Shown: positions 49,629 through 59,032 of the stretch, in pieces
How positions within the stretch are numbered: position 1 is the first letter of the stretch
How the letters are laid out: the number at the start of each line of letters is the position of its first letter
IMG/VR virus record: IMGVR_UViG_3300028840_006907
Coordinates: 32,001-96,000 of that record
DNA from: a virus
Length of the DNA: 64,000 bases
Reading direction: 5' to 3' (one strand)
The notes under the pieces: model-generated
Told to the model about the DNA's origin: nothing
Databases searched by the model: none
Seen by the model: the letters and a program-made list of their open reading frames with translations, nothing else
Translations under genes and position numbers: made by a program

Positions 49629-50273
49629 TTAATAAGATTTATACGGTGCAATAAGCATCATACCACATCCGAAACCTTTACTCTTACCAATTCCATTATA
49701 AATAGTATTCACAAAAAGATTTTTATTGACTACCTGAAGGACTCCTCGTAAATCAATACTGAAAAAAGATACAACTTTACCATCTTTTTTTTTGAATTTA
49801 CAGAATTGAAAAGATTGAACGGAATGCTTTTGAATCATATTTTTAAAACCGTAACTTTGGCCACGTTTCTGAAGCCAATTCTTTGAGGATTCGTGAGCAA
49901 TGAAATTCCAATTATAGGGTTCATCAAGAACTTTCATTTCATTTGCCAGATCCGTCATGATTGAAACCTTTTTCCTGGTTTTCAATTTACAAACTTCGGC
50001 ATTGAGTCTGAGATCGTATTGAAGAAATATTCCAGATTTTAAATTATTTAAATCGAATACTTTTGTTTGTGTAGTGTATTCGTCCTCTGGAGGATTTGGT
50101 TTCTTTTTTGATATGATATAAAGTTCACCATTATAGAGATAATAAAGGAAATCTCTTACCCTGTTAGATCTTTGATCACCAAAAAATTCCCAGACTTTTT
50201 GATGAAGCTCATATATACCTTCGGTGGGAGAATATCTTCTCAAGCTGTCACTGTAAATTTTACTCAGAAACAT
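49629..50273 (-). CDS. cas6e: Cas6e (CasE) crRNA endoribonuclease
   Basis: MFLSKIYSD..YELHQKVWEFF..RDFLYY and C-terminal GIGKSKGFGCGMM match recollected E. coli CasE; start moved to ATG 50273. Confidence 0.75.
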   Translation of the reverse strand: MFLSKIYSDSLRRYSPTEGIYELHQKVWEFFGDQRSNRVRDFLYYLYNGELYIISKKKPNPPEDEYTTQTKVFDLNNLKSGIFLQYDLRLNAEVCKLKTRKKVSIMTDLANEMKVLDEPYNWNFIAHESSKNWLQKRGQSYGFKNMIQKHSVQSFQFCKFKKKDGKVVSFFSIDLRGVLQVVNKNLFVNTIYNGIGKSKGFGCGMMLIAPYKSY

Positions 50274-50910
50274 TCGATACCTCCTTCCATCCCATATACT
50301 CAATTCGGGATCGGTATTGTTTGGGACCGGTTACCTGATCAAAACGTTGATTGCTTTTTACTATTTTGATACTGGTATCGGTACCTTCCCAAAATATTCG
50401 GTTCTTTTCACGCCCTTTAAGACTACCATTAAGAAATTCAGGAAGAGAGTACTGTTCAAACGCCTCTGAGAGGCTCTCAGCCTTAACGATCTTAGGATCG
50501 GGTGGTATGTCATAGGAACAGCATTTCCTTCCAAGAAAGGGGGTATAGATGGGCCTATTAAGGGCTTCCATTATTTTCTTCAAAGTATAGGGACAGTTTT
50601 CATTCTCCCATATACATACGGTAAAGATGGCATTGACTAGGTAAAATCTATTCGAGACAATTCCTGGTCCGACTCTGACAATATGGAAATCTTTTAGAAT
50701 AGTACCAGGATTATCTTCCCTACAGGCAAATCCTAGTTGGGCAATCTGAGTTAATTCTTTCACCATTTCTCTTGAGACTCCAAGAGAAGCAGCGATTAAC
50801 CCGCTTACGCCAGATTTGGTAGGGTGATCATCTGTCTTTCGGGTATTACCCTGAAGGGGGAGACCCCAGGCGGATAGAGTACCCGAAAGAAGGAATAATA
50901 AATAATTCAT
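50260..50910 (-). CDS. cas5e: Cas5e (CasD)
   Basis: LSGTLSAWGLP, PTKSGVSGLIAASLG, YTPFLGRKCC match recollected E. coli CasD; AGGAG SD. Confidence 0.75.
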   Translation of the reverse strand: MNYLLFLLSGTLSAWGLPLQGNTRKTDDHPTKSGVSGLIAASLGVSREMVKELTQIAQLGFACREDNPGTILKDFHIVRVGPGIVSNRFYLVNAIFTVCIWENENCPYTLKKIMEALNRPIYTPFLGRKCCSYDIPPDPKIVKAESLSEAFEQYSLPEFLNGSLKGREKNRIFWEGTDTSIKIVKSNQRFDQVTGPKQYRSRIEYMGWKEVSNVSE

Positions 50911-50933
50911 AATATTATAACTCCTGGTAACAA

Positions 50934-52019
50934 TTAGAAATCGATGAATTTAATAAGTTCGTTAAGTGATCCTTCTTTTGTGAGTACATTCAAGATCCTA
51001 TAATCCATTTCATGGTAACATGAATCAAAACTACTTTTCATGTCAAGAAGGGCTTTGACAGCATTTTCCATAACCGCAGGACCTTTAATAGGAGTATGGA
51101 AGGCTTGACAGAGACTTCGTGGGGCAGTTGGAGCTTTTTCGATCATAACGAATGCTGGCCATGTTTGACTATCAGCACATCTGTTTTTATTAGCTGAGGG
51201 GGATGAAGTGGTTAATACTTCGACTATCTGTCGGATGGTTTTGATAGCTAGTTCTTTATTACCTTGAAGATTTTTCGTTAAGAGCTTGGAATTGATTACA
51301 AAGAAACTATAATAGACACCCTGGGTAAAATAGAAATTATCTAGGTGACCTGAACCTTTGGTTCCTTCTAATCCAAGGTTATCGGTAGCTGTAAAATAGT
51401 CGGTTTGGACAGATCCTATATCATTGACAGTAAAAGCGAAATTTGAGGACAGTGAAGCTTCAACATCATATTGGGGCAGTTTTGCAATCATGCGACCGGT
51501 AAGGGCTGTTCTGATTCCTGTATTTTCTTTTAAAAAGAAGAATTCTTGATCAGTGGGTTTATGCCCCTCAATAATTTTGTCAATCAGTTCTTCAATATGT
51601 TGTCTTTCGCTCGGTTGAATTTTAATGGTTTCGGTTTTAAGAAGATCAACCTTTTTTTTCTTTTTCTTTGTATTTTTATCATCTTCTTTTTCAGTGTGCT
51701 TTTTGATATCAACAAAAGTACCAATAAATTTAAATGCGTATTCTTCAGCTTTTTTAGGTGATATTCCACCATCAATTAATCTTTTCTCGACATATTTTCC
51801 AATAAGAGGAGTCTGAAGACCTATATCGATTTCGCACCTTTCAAATAGAGCCTTGTTTAAATCATATTTTCGATTTTGTGAAGACGAATAACCTCGGTTG
51901 GTATCATTAAGTTTCATTGTTTTAGGACGTCCGTCCTGGCCTCGGTTTATGCTAGATACAGCTACACCAGTGAGAAGGTGAATTAACCAGTAGGGGTCTT
52001 TAATAATAGTTTTAGACAT
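50934..52019 (-). CDS. cas7e: Cas7e (CasC) backbone subunit
   Basis: SINRGQDG, SSSQNRK, ALTGRM, FTATDNLGLEGTKGSGHLD match recollected E. coli CasC. Confidence 0.8.
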   Translation of the reverse strand: MSKTIIKDPYWLIHLLTGVAVSSINRGQDGRPKTMKLNDTNRGYSSSQNRKYDLNKALFERCEIDIGLQTPLIGKYVEKRLIDGGISPKKAEEYAFKFIGTFVDIKKHTEKEDDKNTKKKKKKVDLLKTETIKIQPSERQHIEELIDKIIEGHKPTDQEFFFLKENTGIRTALTGRMIAKLPQYDVEASLSSNFAFTVNDIGSVQTDYFTATDNLGLEGTKGSGHLDNFYFTQGVYYSFFVINSKLLTKNLQGNKELAIKTIRQIVEVLTTSSPSANKNRCADSQTWPAFVMIEKAPTAPRSLCQAFHTPIKGPAVMENAVKALLDMKSSFDSCYHEMDYRILNVLTKEGSLNELIKFIDF

Positions 52020-52045
52020 AAATACTCCTTGATATTTATTATTTA

Positions 52046-53989
52046 TTATATGTTATTTGAATATTCTCTTTCCCAGTAGAACTTGACATCTTTGCTCCAG
52101 TGGGCATACCCTTCCATGAAACTGATGATGTTAAATCCTTCCATTCGAGAAACAACATCAGCAAATACTTTCCAGTTTTTTTGTATATCCGTTTTATTGA
52201 AACTCATCATTTCGTCAACATGTCGGCGGTTAATTTTTTGAGAACCCATTTGGGCACCGAAAGATTGAGAAAAATCCAGATCCTTAGCTTTAAAAACAAT
52301 TAGTAGAAGAGGTACGAAAAGAGTCTTCATATCTTCTGATCTTAAAGCAGGGAAATGCATAGACATTTCTAAAATAAAATTCAAATAAAGGTCTTCATGT
52401 TTTAAGATATCGATGTCAAAACATCGGGTAAATACCCTATGTTTTTCTGTATTTCTAATAGTCCCGTACCAGGACAGGAATGGTTTGGTAAAGACCTGGT
52501 TAAAATGAGGTAGGTTTAATTTCCTGTATTCGATATGGGCGAAATTCTCATATTCTAATGGTTGTAGTTTAAGAGGTTTAACAACTTTTTTATTTAAGGT
52601 TTCGATAAATTGTTCCTTAAAATATTTCTGTAAACCTCTCTTTTCAGTACCTACATTTTTTTCAAATGTATCGAAAGCTTTAACTACCATCTTTTCCAAC
52701 CATTTTTCGATATTATGATTCTTGAGAACTTCATAGAAGTATTCTTCAGTTTCTGTCAGAAATTCGTGAAATATTAAAGGTTCGGTTTTATCAGTTCCCC
52801 AGAACTTTCTTATATAATTACAGGTATACCATCCTATAAGATATGAGTGTTCTCTGATATTTAAAGTAAACGCACTATCTTTATAGAGTTCTTCTGGGAT
52901 ATCGAATTTATTTTCCTCCCATCCAAAGAGTTTGGCTTTAGCCATATTATAACCGAAAGTCCATAATCCGAAATCAGTTATTCCAAGATATTCTCGGTTC
53001 TCCATGAAATGACTCACCACTAAAGCTGGAGTTAATTTTTTAGCTGGTAGTAGATAGGTCACAAGATCGAGATGGCTGGTAAAGTCCAGGGGTTTCCGGA
53101 AACCTGTTTCTTTGCCTTTTATAATGGGTGAAAGGATATGACGTGGTTTGACATAACAGTTACCATAATTCCTCGTTTTTATCTTTCTAACCATTAATTT
53201 GGAATGATTGCCACAGATAGTACATGATTCATCAAATTTATCAAAGATAAGATGAATACGTAGAGGCATTTCCCAGAGCGGGTAATAAGGATTCATCTCA
53301 TCCAGGGAAACAGTAGCTTTGTTTTTACTATCAACGGTATCACTAAGCCATGGGAGTGTTACACCTTTTGGATTTCCTCCGAATTCAAACATGGTCTTTT
53401 TAATAATAACATTAGACCATATTGTTTCCCATAACGTGGAACCGGTAATAATAGTGGTAAGAGAACCATTGGCACCGGCTGTTATCGAAGTACGGTATCC
53501 TTGGCCTCCCATAATGGCACTGAGTTGATTAAGATAAAGGGCAATTGTAGCACAGGATTGGCAAAAAGTATGTATCTTTGCTTTTTGGAAGAAATCTTTA
53601 CCAGCTTTAATTGTCGCTGTCCCTGGAGTATCAAAGAGGAGATTACCAACATTTACGATTCTTTCAAGGTCCTGTGGCCGTTTATCCTGTAAAAAACGAG
53701 GACCTTTGCCATCTAGTTCAAAGAGTTTTGGTTTAAGTTTTTCTAGGATGGCTTTTTGGTTTGGTGCTTTTTTGAATAGTTTTTTCCATTCTTTCTTACT
53801 TGTAGGAGCAAGATAAGTGTTGAAAAAACCTATGAGAAGCCGTACACCTACAGCATTGAAATCGGGTCTACCGAAATCGAGAGCTATTATAGGGTTATTA
53901 GGTTTTGAAGTTATTTTGTAGGGTGGAATGTTTTCCCTGGTACCGTCTTTTCGGATGACGGGGATCCAAGGGTCCTTAATTACATTCAT
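52046..53989 (-). CDS. cas8e: Cas8e (Cse1/CasA) large subunit with C-terminal extension, possibly fused Cse2/Cas11
   Basis: N-terminal MNVIKDPWIPV, CQSCATIALYLNQ, ESCTICG match recollected E. coli CasA; 647 aa vs about 500 in CasA; GGAGGT SD. Confidence 0.8.
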   Translation of the reverse strand: MNVIKDPWIPVIRKDGTRENIPPYKITSKPNNPIIALDFGRPDFNAVGVRLLIGFFNTYLAPTSKKEWKKLFKKAPNQKAILEKLKPKLFELDGKGPRFLQDKRPQDLERIVNVGNLLFDTPGTATIKAGKDFFQKAKIHTFCQSCATIALYLNQLSAIMGGQGYRTSITAGANGSLTTIITGSTLWETIWSNVIIKKTMFEFGGNPKGVTLPWLSDTVDSKNKATVSLDEMNPYYPLWEMPLRIHLIFDKFDESCTICGNHSKLMVRKIKTRNYGNCYVKPRHILSPIIKGKETGFRKPLDFTSHLDLVTYLLPAKKLTPALVVSHFMENREYLGITDFGLWTFGYNMAKAKLFGWEENKFDIPEELYKDSAFTLNIREHSYLIGWYTCNYIRKFWGTDKTEPLIFHEFLTETEEYFYEVLKNHNIEKWLEKMVVKAFDTFEKNVGTEKRGLQKYFKEQFIETLNKKVVKPLKLQPLEYENFAHIEYRKLNLPHFNQVFTKPFLSWYGTIRNTEKHRVFTRCFDIDILKHEDLYLNFILEMSMHFPALRSEDMKTLFVPLLLIVFKAKDLDFSQSFGAQMGSQKINRRHVDEMMSFNKTDIQKNWKVFADVVSRMEGFNIISFMEGYAHWSKDVKFYWEREYSNNI

Positions 53990-54210
53990 ATGATACCTCC
54001 GCGATTTATGAATGGTTGCGGAAATTTAATTATTTATGTTTTTACTCAACTTATTTATGTTTTTTTGCTTAGCTGAGACTTTGATTTAATTTTTTAATTA
54101 ACCCATTAGTTATAAAGTTAATTATAATCTAAAATAAATATAAATGCAACATTTTTTCAAGTACTTTATATATAACTATAATATTTCGAATTGTTTATAG
54201 CATGAGAAAT

Positions 54211-54240
54211 ATTTCCTCCGTTTACACGGAGGAAATTTAG
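54211..54240 (-). terminator. hairpin CCTCCG-loop-CGGAGG at distal end of array 2
   Basis: Inverted repeat; followed on minus strand by A/T-rich sequence rather than a clean U-tract. Confidence 0.25.
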
Positions 54241-54264
54241 GATTATATCAGAGATGGGCTCTGA

Positions 54265-54586
54265 GACAGCCCCGGTAAAGTCCAGGGAAATAAAAATTAG
54301 TGATAATTCGGGAATCAGCAGGAGGAGAGCATCAGCCCTGCGTATGCGGGGAATAGTGTTATCGTCTTACAGGATGTAAAGCAGAGACAGCCCCGCGTAT
54401 GCGGGGAATAGAAATTAATACATCTCATAAAATCTAGCATCAGCCCCGCGTATGCGGGGAATAGTTATTTATCTATACTTCCTACAACTCCCATAACGCA
54501 TCAGCCCCGCGTATGCGGGGAATAGCTCGTTGGTTTTCCCATTCCACAAAAGTTCAACGCATCAGCCCCGCGTATGCGGGGAATAG
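54265..54586 (-). CRISPR. CRISPR array 2: 6 repeats (distal one degenerate), repeat gcatcagccccgcgtatgcggggaatag, spacers 25-33 nt
   Basis: Repeat copies at about 54265, 54329, 54385, 54437, 54498, 54559; 61-bp period for the three leader-proximal units. Confidence 0.85.
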
Positions 54587-54683
54587 ACTATAATATAATT
54601 AGTTGAAAATCAGAGAGTTACAAAGACCCTAATTTTCTACCAAAAAAAGTACTTGCCGTTTATAAATGTCAAAGAGCTTATCT
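54587..54683 (-). promoter_or_regulatory. CRISPR leader 2 with the conserved core
   Basis: Shares ~55-bp core with 47019..47127. Confidence 0.5.
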
Positions 54684-54857
54684 TTAAAGGTATAAATCCT
54701 CTTCATCCTCAGGAGCCAGATCTATATCTGAAAGAGTTCTGCTCCCACCGAAATCTAATTCTAATACTTCATCTTCTCCACCTGTATTAAAAAAATCATC
54801 TTCTTCACTTGGCTCTTTAAGAATCTCATCAGCATCGTATTCTTCGATTGGTAACAT
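54684..54857 (-). CDS. small highly acidic protein (57 aa), below ORF-track cutoff
   Basis: Hand-translated MLPIEEYDADEILKEPSEEDDFFNTGGEDEVLELDFGGSRTLSDIDLAPEDEEDLYL; immediately upstream of leader 2. Confidence 0.3.
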   Translation of the reverse strand: MLPIEEYDADEILKEPSEEDDFFNTGGEDEVLELDFGGSRTLSDIDLAPEDEEDLYL

Positions 54858-54872
54858 AACATTTCCCCTCTT

Positions 54873-55316
54873 TTAATTGTTTCCTTCATTGATATAAAGA
54901 AATCCAGTTCTTTCCAATGTTAAATCTAAATCATTCTCTTTAAGTTTAAAGTTTTTTATTGTGTCTTGCACATCTTTTTTTCCATTCATACATACCCATA
55001 ATGCGTGTTGAAAGAATTCATCATTATCAGGTAACTTTGAGATGTACTTATGTGTAGGTGGAGGACAGTTTTCAGGTTTAATATCCTTTTTTAAAGCCAG
55101 TGCGGTTTTACCGCTATTAAATACATGTAATGGTAATCCTAAGAGATATACCCGACTTTTCATCTCTCTCAATGTCTGTTCTGCCTGGGATAATGTCATT
55201 TCATTGTTTTTCATTAATTCCATGATAGTTTGAGCCACAACCATTGCATTGTTATATTGTGGTTGATCTATAATTTTATTCATCTTTTTTAATACTTCTT
55301 TTATTATATCTGGCAT
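54873..55316 (-). CDS. hypothetical protein
   Basis: ORF track. Confidence 0.4.
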   Translation of the reverse strand: MPDIIKEVLKKMNKIIDQPQYNNAMVVAQTIMELMKNNEMTLSQAEQTLREMKSRVYLLGLPLHVFNSGKTALALKKDIKPENCPPPTHKYISKLPDNDEFFQHALWVCMNGKKDVQDTIKNFKLKENDLDLTLERTGFLYINEGNN

Positions 55317-55317
55317 G

Positions 55318-55812
55318 TTAAATATTCTCTCCTTGTCCGGCTACAGTAATGCCTATTACTTCTTCTGGTTTTATGGTGAATTTAGTAAGGCTTTTAACAA
55401 CACCACTTGCTTTTGGATAATCTTTTAAGAAGATAAAGTTTATACATGTTTTAAGGGCTGTATAATTAATGGACTTTTCATTTAATAGAAGGACATATTT
55501 TAATCGGGGGTAATATTGACTGATTGTTTTTGTCCTTTCCTCAAAAGAAATAATATGAGAGATGGGAAATTGGTATCTTATCATTTTTATAATTAAGTTA
55601 TTACGTAGGTTAGATCCTGTAAGTAAAAATTCATTTCCTTCTAGAATAGGACGAAATTCATTATAATTATAATCAAGTCTTCCGAATACAGATAAGGTGC
55701 GATTAACTTGTTCATCATCTATGATATGGGTAAAAGAAAATTTTAAATACTTGAATAGTATTTTCTGCTTTTCTTCAAAAGACCCATGAGCCCATTTCCA
55801 GTTCTCAGTCAT
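55318..55812 (-). CDS. hypothetical protein
   Basis: ORF track. Confidence 0.4.
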   Translation of the reverse strand: MTENWKWAHGSFEEKQKILFKYLKFSFTHIIDDEQVNRTLSVFGRLDYNYNEFRPILEGNEFLLTGSNLRNNLIIKMIRYQFPISHIISFEERTKTISQYYPRLKYVLLLNEKSINYTALKTCINFIFLKDYPKASGVVKSLTKFTIKPEEVIGITVAGQGENI

Positions 55813-55815
55813 TTT

Positions 55816-56100
55816 TCACTCTTCCTCTTCTTCCGTAGCTTCTTCATACAAATTTATCATCCCGTCAACTTGGGTCTTGTGAGATCTTAATCTTTCCAAT
55901 AGGATTCTTTGGAGATCCTTTTTACTATTTATTTCTTCTTCATCATTGGTCCAGTACAGGCTATCACTGAAAAATATATAGATATCATTTCCATTGGTTT
56001 GTAGAGAAATAGTTTCGATAGTACTTAAATTATCAATACCGGTTTCAATCTCTTTATTTAGCTCTTTTATTATTTTCAGTAGTTCGGGAATATCCAACAT
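55816..56100 (-). CDS. hypothetical acidic protein
   Basis: ORF track. Confidence 0.35.
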   Translation of the reverse strand: MLDIPELLKIIKELNKEIETGIDNLSTIETISLQTNGNDIYIFFSDSLYWTNDEEEINSKKDLQRILLERLRSHKTQVDGMINLYEEATEEEEE

Positions 56101-56111
56101 TTATAATGCTC

Positions 56112-56444
56112 CTATAATTCAGTTACTTTAATTCCAAGATGTTTATAAAACCATTCTGCGACGATATGTCTATGGCAGAATTTTGTTTTATTTTCCCAGC
56201 ACAGGAGAATGGCATTCTCACCAAGTCGTTCATAAATTCTTTTAGGATCTAATTTATCCAGTACGTTTTCATAATAAAGTTTAATGTATTCTTTGGTATT
56301 GAGATCTTTTTTAAATTTATTTATGAGCCATCTTGGTGGAGCTAAAAGAGTAAAGTGTCTTCCTTTGAAACTGGGAGGATTTTTATATGCTATCGATACT
56401 GCATTTGGATTTTTACCTGATTTAGAGAAGTAGGATGTATTCAT
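56112..56444 (-). CDS. DUF488-like protein
   Basis: AILLCWENKTKFCHRHIVAEW resembles the LLC.E....CHR signature of DUF488; from memory. Confidence 0.45.
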   Translation of the reverse strand: MNTSYFSKSGKNPNAVSIAYKNPPSFKGRHFTLLAPPRWLINKFKKDLNTKEYIKLYYENVLDKLDPKRIYERLGENAILLCWENKTKFCHRHIVAEWFYKHLGIKVTEL

Positions 56445-56896
56445 TATGTGTCACCGTCCATGGGTTTTGCTACTTGTACAAATATTTCATTTTCATATTT
56501 TATCCAATCCCATTTATCTTTAATCCATCTTCCTCTCATACTACAGGTATATTCGTTATTGTAATAGCAATTAAAAATAAGGTACAGCTCTTGTGTTTCG
56601 GTCCATCTCTTAAAGAATTCATCTATTCGAACACTGTTATTTAAATCTTTTGCATCAACTATTGAATCTACCTCAGTTCCAATAAGAATGGTCCTTTTTT
56701 CAGGATCAATGTGTACATCTTTGTTCAATCCATCTAAAGCTATTTCTAATTGTTGTGCTGTGTAGAGTCTGGGTAAGCCATCCGCTGTAACACAAAGTAC
56801 AGGGATTTCATCTTCAACAAATTCTCGTTCTGTTTTTTCGTCCATAGTAGAGGTGATCGTGTGTTTACTTGTAGTTGGTGAAACTATAATATTCAA
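56444..56896 (-). CDS. hypothetical protein
   Basis: ORF track. Confidence 0.4.
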   Translation of the reverse strand: MNIIVSPTTSKHTITSTMDEKTEREFVEDEIPVLCVTADGLPRLYTAQQLEIALDGLNKDVHIDPEKRTILIGTEVDSIVDAKDLNNSVRIDEFFKRWTETQELYLIFNCYYNNEYTCSMRGRWIKDKWDWIKYENEIFVQVAKPMDGDT

Positions 56897-56952
56897 AATT
56901 TATTATCCTTTCTTTATGGTAAAGTATATAAATATATCATTTCATAATATTA

Positions 56953-57150
56953 CTATTTTCTTTTATCGGGAAGATACCAGGAGGTCATAATAGCATACAT
57001 TCCCCCGATGATTAGAAGTACTTCTTTTATACCTATTTGTTCACCGTTAAGGAAAATTGATACTCCGTAACAAAAGAGTAAAAAAAGACCAATGATTAGA
57101 TAAGTTAATCGATTTATTTTAAGCATTTTTTCTGTCTCGCAATTTGACAT
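56953..57150 (-). CDS. small membrane protein
   Basis: Two hydrophobic segments. Confidence 0.3.
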   Translation of the reverse strand: MSNCETEKMLKINRLTYLIIGLFLLFCYGVSIFLNGEQIGIKEVLLIIGGMYAIMTSWYLPDKRK

Positions 57151-57203
57151 AACAAAGTGAAAAGAACAGTTGAAACAATCTTTTTAATACTTTCAATCAT
57201 AAT

Positions 57204-57404
57204 TTACCAATCTTCAGAATCGGTTAAATTAATTTCCTCTCCACATAAACATTCGACATGAATCAAAGGACCCATGCCGGTAGGGGTAAATACGAATGAA
57301 AGTCTACCTCCAATGGCTCCAGCATCACTGTCGCATTTTTCACGATGTTTTTTATCCCACTCTTTGAATTTCCTGACTTGTTCTTCATCTAATTCAAATT
57401 TCAT
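57204..57404 (-). CDS. hypothetical protein
   Basis: ORF track. Confidence 0.3.
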   Translation of the reverse strand: MKFELDEEQVRKFKEWDKKHREKCDSDAGAIGGRLSFVFTPTGMGPLIHVECLCGEEINLTDSEDW

Positions 57405-57467
57405 AATTTACCCTTTTAATTATGTCCATGGATCAGGGAGATGTTCCCTGATCCATAATTAACATAA

Positions 57468-58352
57468 TTATTTTTTGAGTCCTTTTGCTAATTTTAAATC
57501 TTCAAGCCCAAAAACCCAAGTGGCCTGTTGTCCTGATTCAGAAATTTTATTAACCATCTCTTGTGTCTTGTTTATTTGATAATATGTTGCAAATGGGATG
57601 CCATTTCTTTTACAAGCTTTACCCATTGAATCAATTTTAGCTACTTCAAGTTTCACACTAACCAATTGAGCAGTTTCTTGGACTATTTTTTTATCTTGTT
57701 GAATATTTGATGCAGTTACATTTGTTAAAGTTAATGGCACTGAATTTCGTTGAAATATGGTATCTGCCATTGCATATAATTGGTTATTCAATACTTCTTT
57801 ATTCTTTTTAGTATTAAGTGTTTCAAAATTTTTAAATCCGGCAAAAACTATTCTGGCACTGGGTCTGCAATCCATTCCGGCATAAGTATCATAAACTGAC
57901 ATTAAGCTTATAATCTCTGTATTAGGGGTAGTACCTGGTTTAGATTTCATTTCACCTAATATTTTTGTGAGGTACTCAGTATTATTTCGAGAGAGGTTTA
58001 CTTTGTACCTGACATCTACAGTTAAGGGCGCTTGGTCTCCAAGAGTTATTCGATGGTCTTTGTCAGGGCTCTCTTTTACAAAGGGCTCTTTCTTGGTATA
58101 TACTCCAATTTCTACGAGAATTAGCTTGTTATGAAATTTAGTCTTTCTGTCTACTTTCCCTAGATTAACTAATTGTCCGGAGGTGTAAATTTTTAATTTG
58201 CCTCCACCGTCCATTTCAAATCCAGTGCTTATTTGTTTTACCCCAATATATTTTCGCGGTACTTCGACATATGTATCTCTAGCACAGCCTATCATCATGA
58301 GTAGGAATGAGGTAATTATTATGGTCGATAGAAGTTTTATGTACAGTTTCAT
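57468..58352 (-). CDS. putative lipoprotein
   Basis: Hydrophobic signal-like N-terminus ending LMMIGC (lipobox-like). Confidence 0.45.
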   Translation of the reverse strand: MKLYIKLLSTIIITSFLLMMIGCARDTYVEVPRKYIGVKQISTGFEMDGGGKLKIYTSGQLVNLGKVDRKTKFHNKLILVEIGVYTKKEPFVKESPDKDHRITLGDQAPLTVDVRYKVNLSRNNTEYLTKILGEMKSKPGTTPNTEIISLMSVYDTYAGMDCRPSARIVFAGFKNFETLNTKKNKEVLNNQLYAMADTIFQRNSVPLTLTNVTASNIQQDKKIVQETAQLVSVKLEVAKIDSMGKACKRNGIPFATYYQINKTQEMVNKISESGQQATWVFGLEDLKLAKGLKK

Positions 58353-58384
58353 TTAAAGTGGTCTCCTTTTTTATAGTTAAATGG

Positions 58385-58693
58385 TTATTTGGTTGTATCT
58401 TGATAAACGGCTTCCCGTTTTTTCCCAACATCAGTTTCAAAAGTACTCTCTGGCATTTCCTGTGGTGGTATTAATCTTTCCTGATATCTTTTAGCGGTTG
58501 TAAATATCTGTAAAGCGATAATAACGATATTTAAAAGAATCCAAGTTTTTCCAAAATGCTTTTGAATTCCTTTGGGTAAAGATTTCTTTTTGAAACTGAT
58601 TATAGCTATCACAACATTTAAAATCAATAGAGTGGTTATTAAACCAGTCCACATTCTAAGATCTGATCTAAAAAGTTGTTCTATGAGATCCAT
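58385..58693 (-). CDS. membrane protein
   Basis: Two hydrophobic helices. Confidence 0.35.
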   Translation of the reverse strand: MDLIEQLFRSDLRMWTGLITTLLILNVVIAIISFKKKSLPKGIQKHFGKTWILLNIVIIALQIFTTAKRYQERLIPPQEMPESTFETDVGKKREAVYQDTTK

Positions 58694-58714
58694 TATTTTT
58701 CATCACCTCCTTTT

Positions 58715-59032
58715 TTATTTCAGTGTTATAAACTTCCCATTAGGATTTGGCTTTTTTTCACATTTAGGACAGTACGGCATTTGTTCTTGTTTGACTTGTC
58801 CTGAACCTGACAAAGCAAAAAGTCCGTCATGAACAGGATGGGCTATTAAACCTACCAATATTTCATTACCACATTCAGTACAAATGAAATCATTATTTGT
58901 GCATTTGTAGGCATGTTTTTGGGAGAGCTTCTTATGGTAGACAGTATTGCATATAACGCATTTAGCTATATGTATCTCTTCTTCGATACCCCCTCCACGT
59001 GTAAATTTAAGTTCAACATCGCAACATTTCAT
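58715..59032 (-). CDS. Cys-rich zinc-finger-like protein
   Basis: Multiple CxxC pairs. Confidence 0.4.
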   Translation of the reverse strand: MKCCDVELKFTRGGGIEEEIHIAKCVICNTVYHKKLSQKHAYKCTNNDFICTECGNEILVGLIAHPVHDGLFALSGSGQVKQEQMPYCPKCEKKPNPNGKFITLK

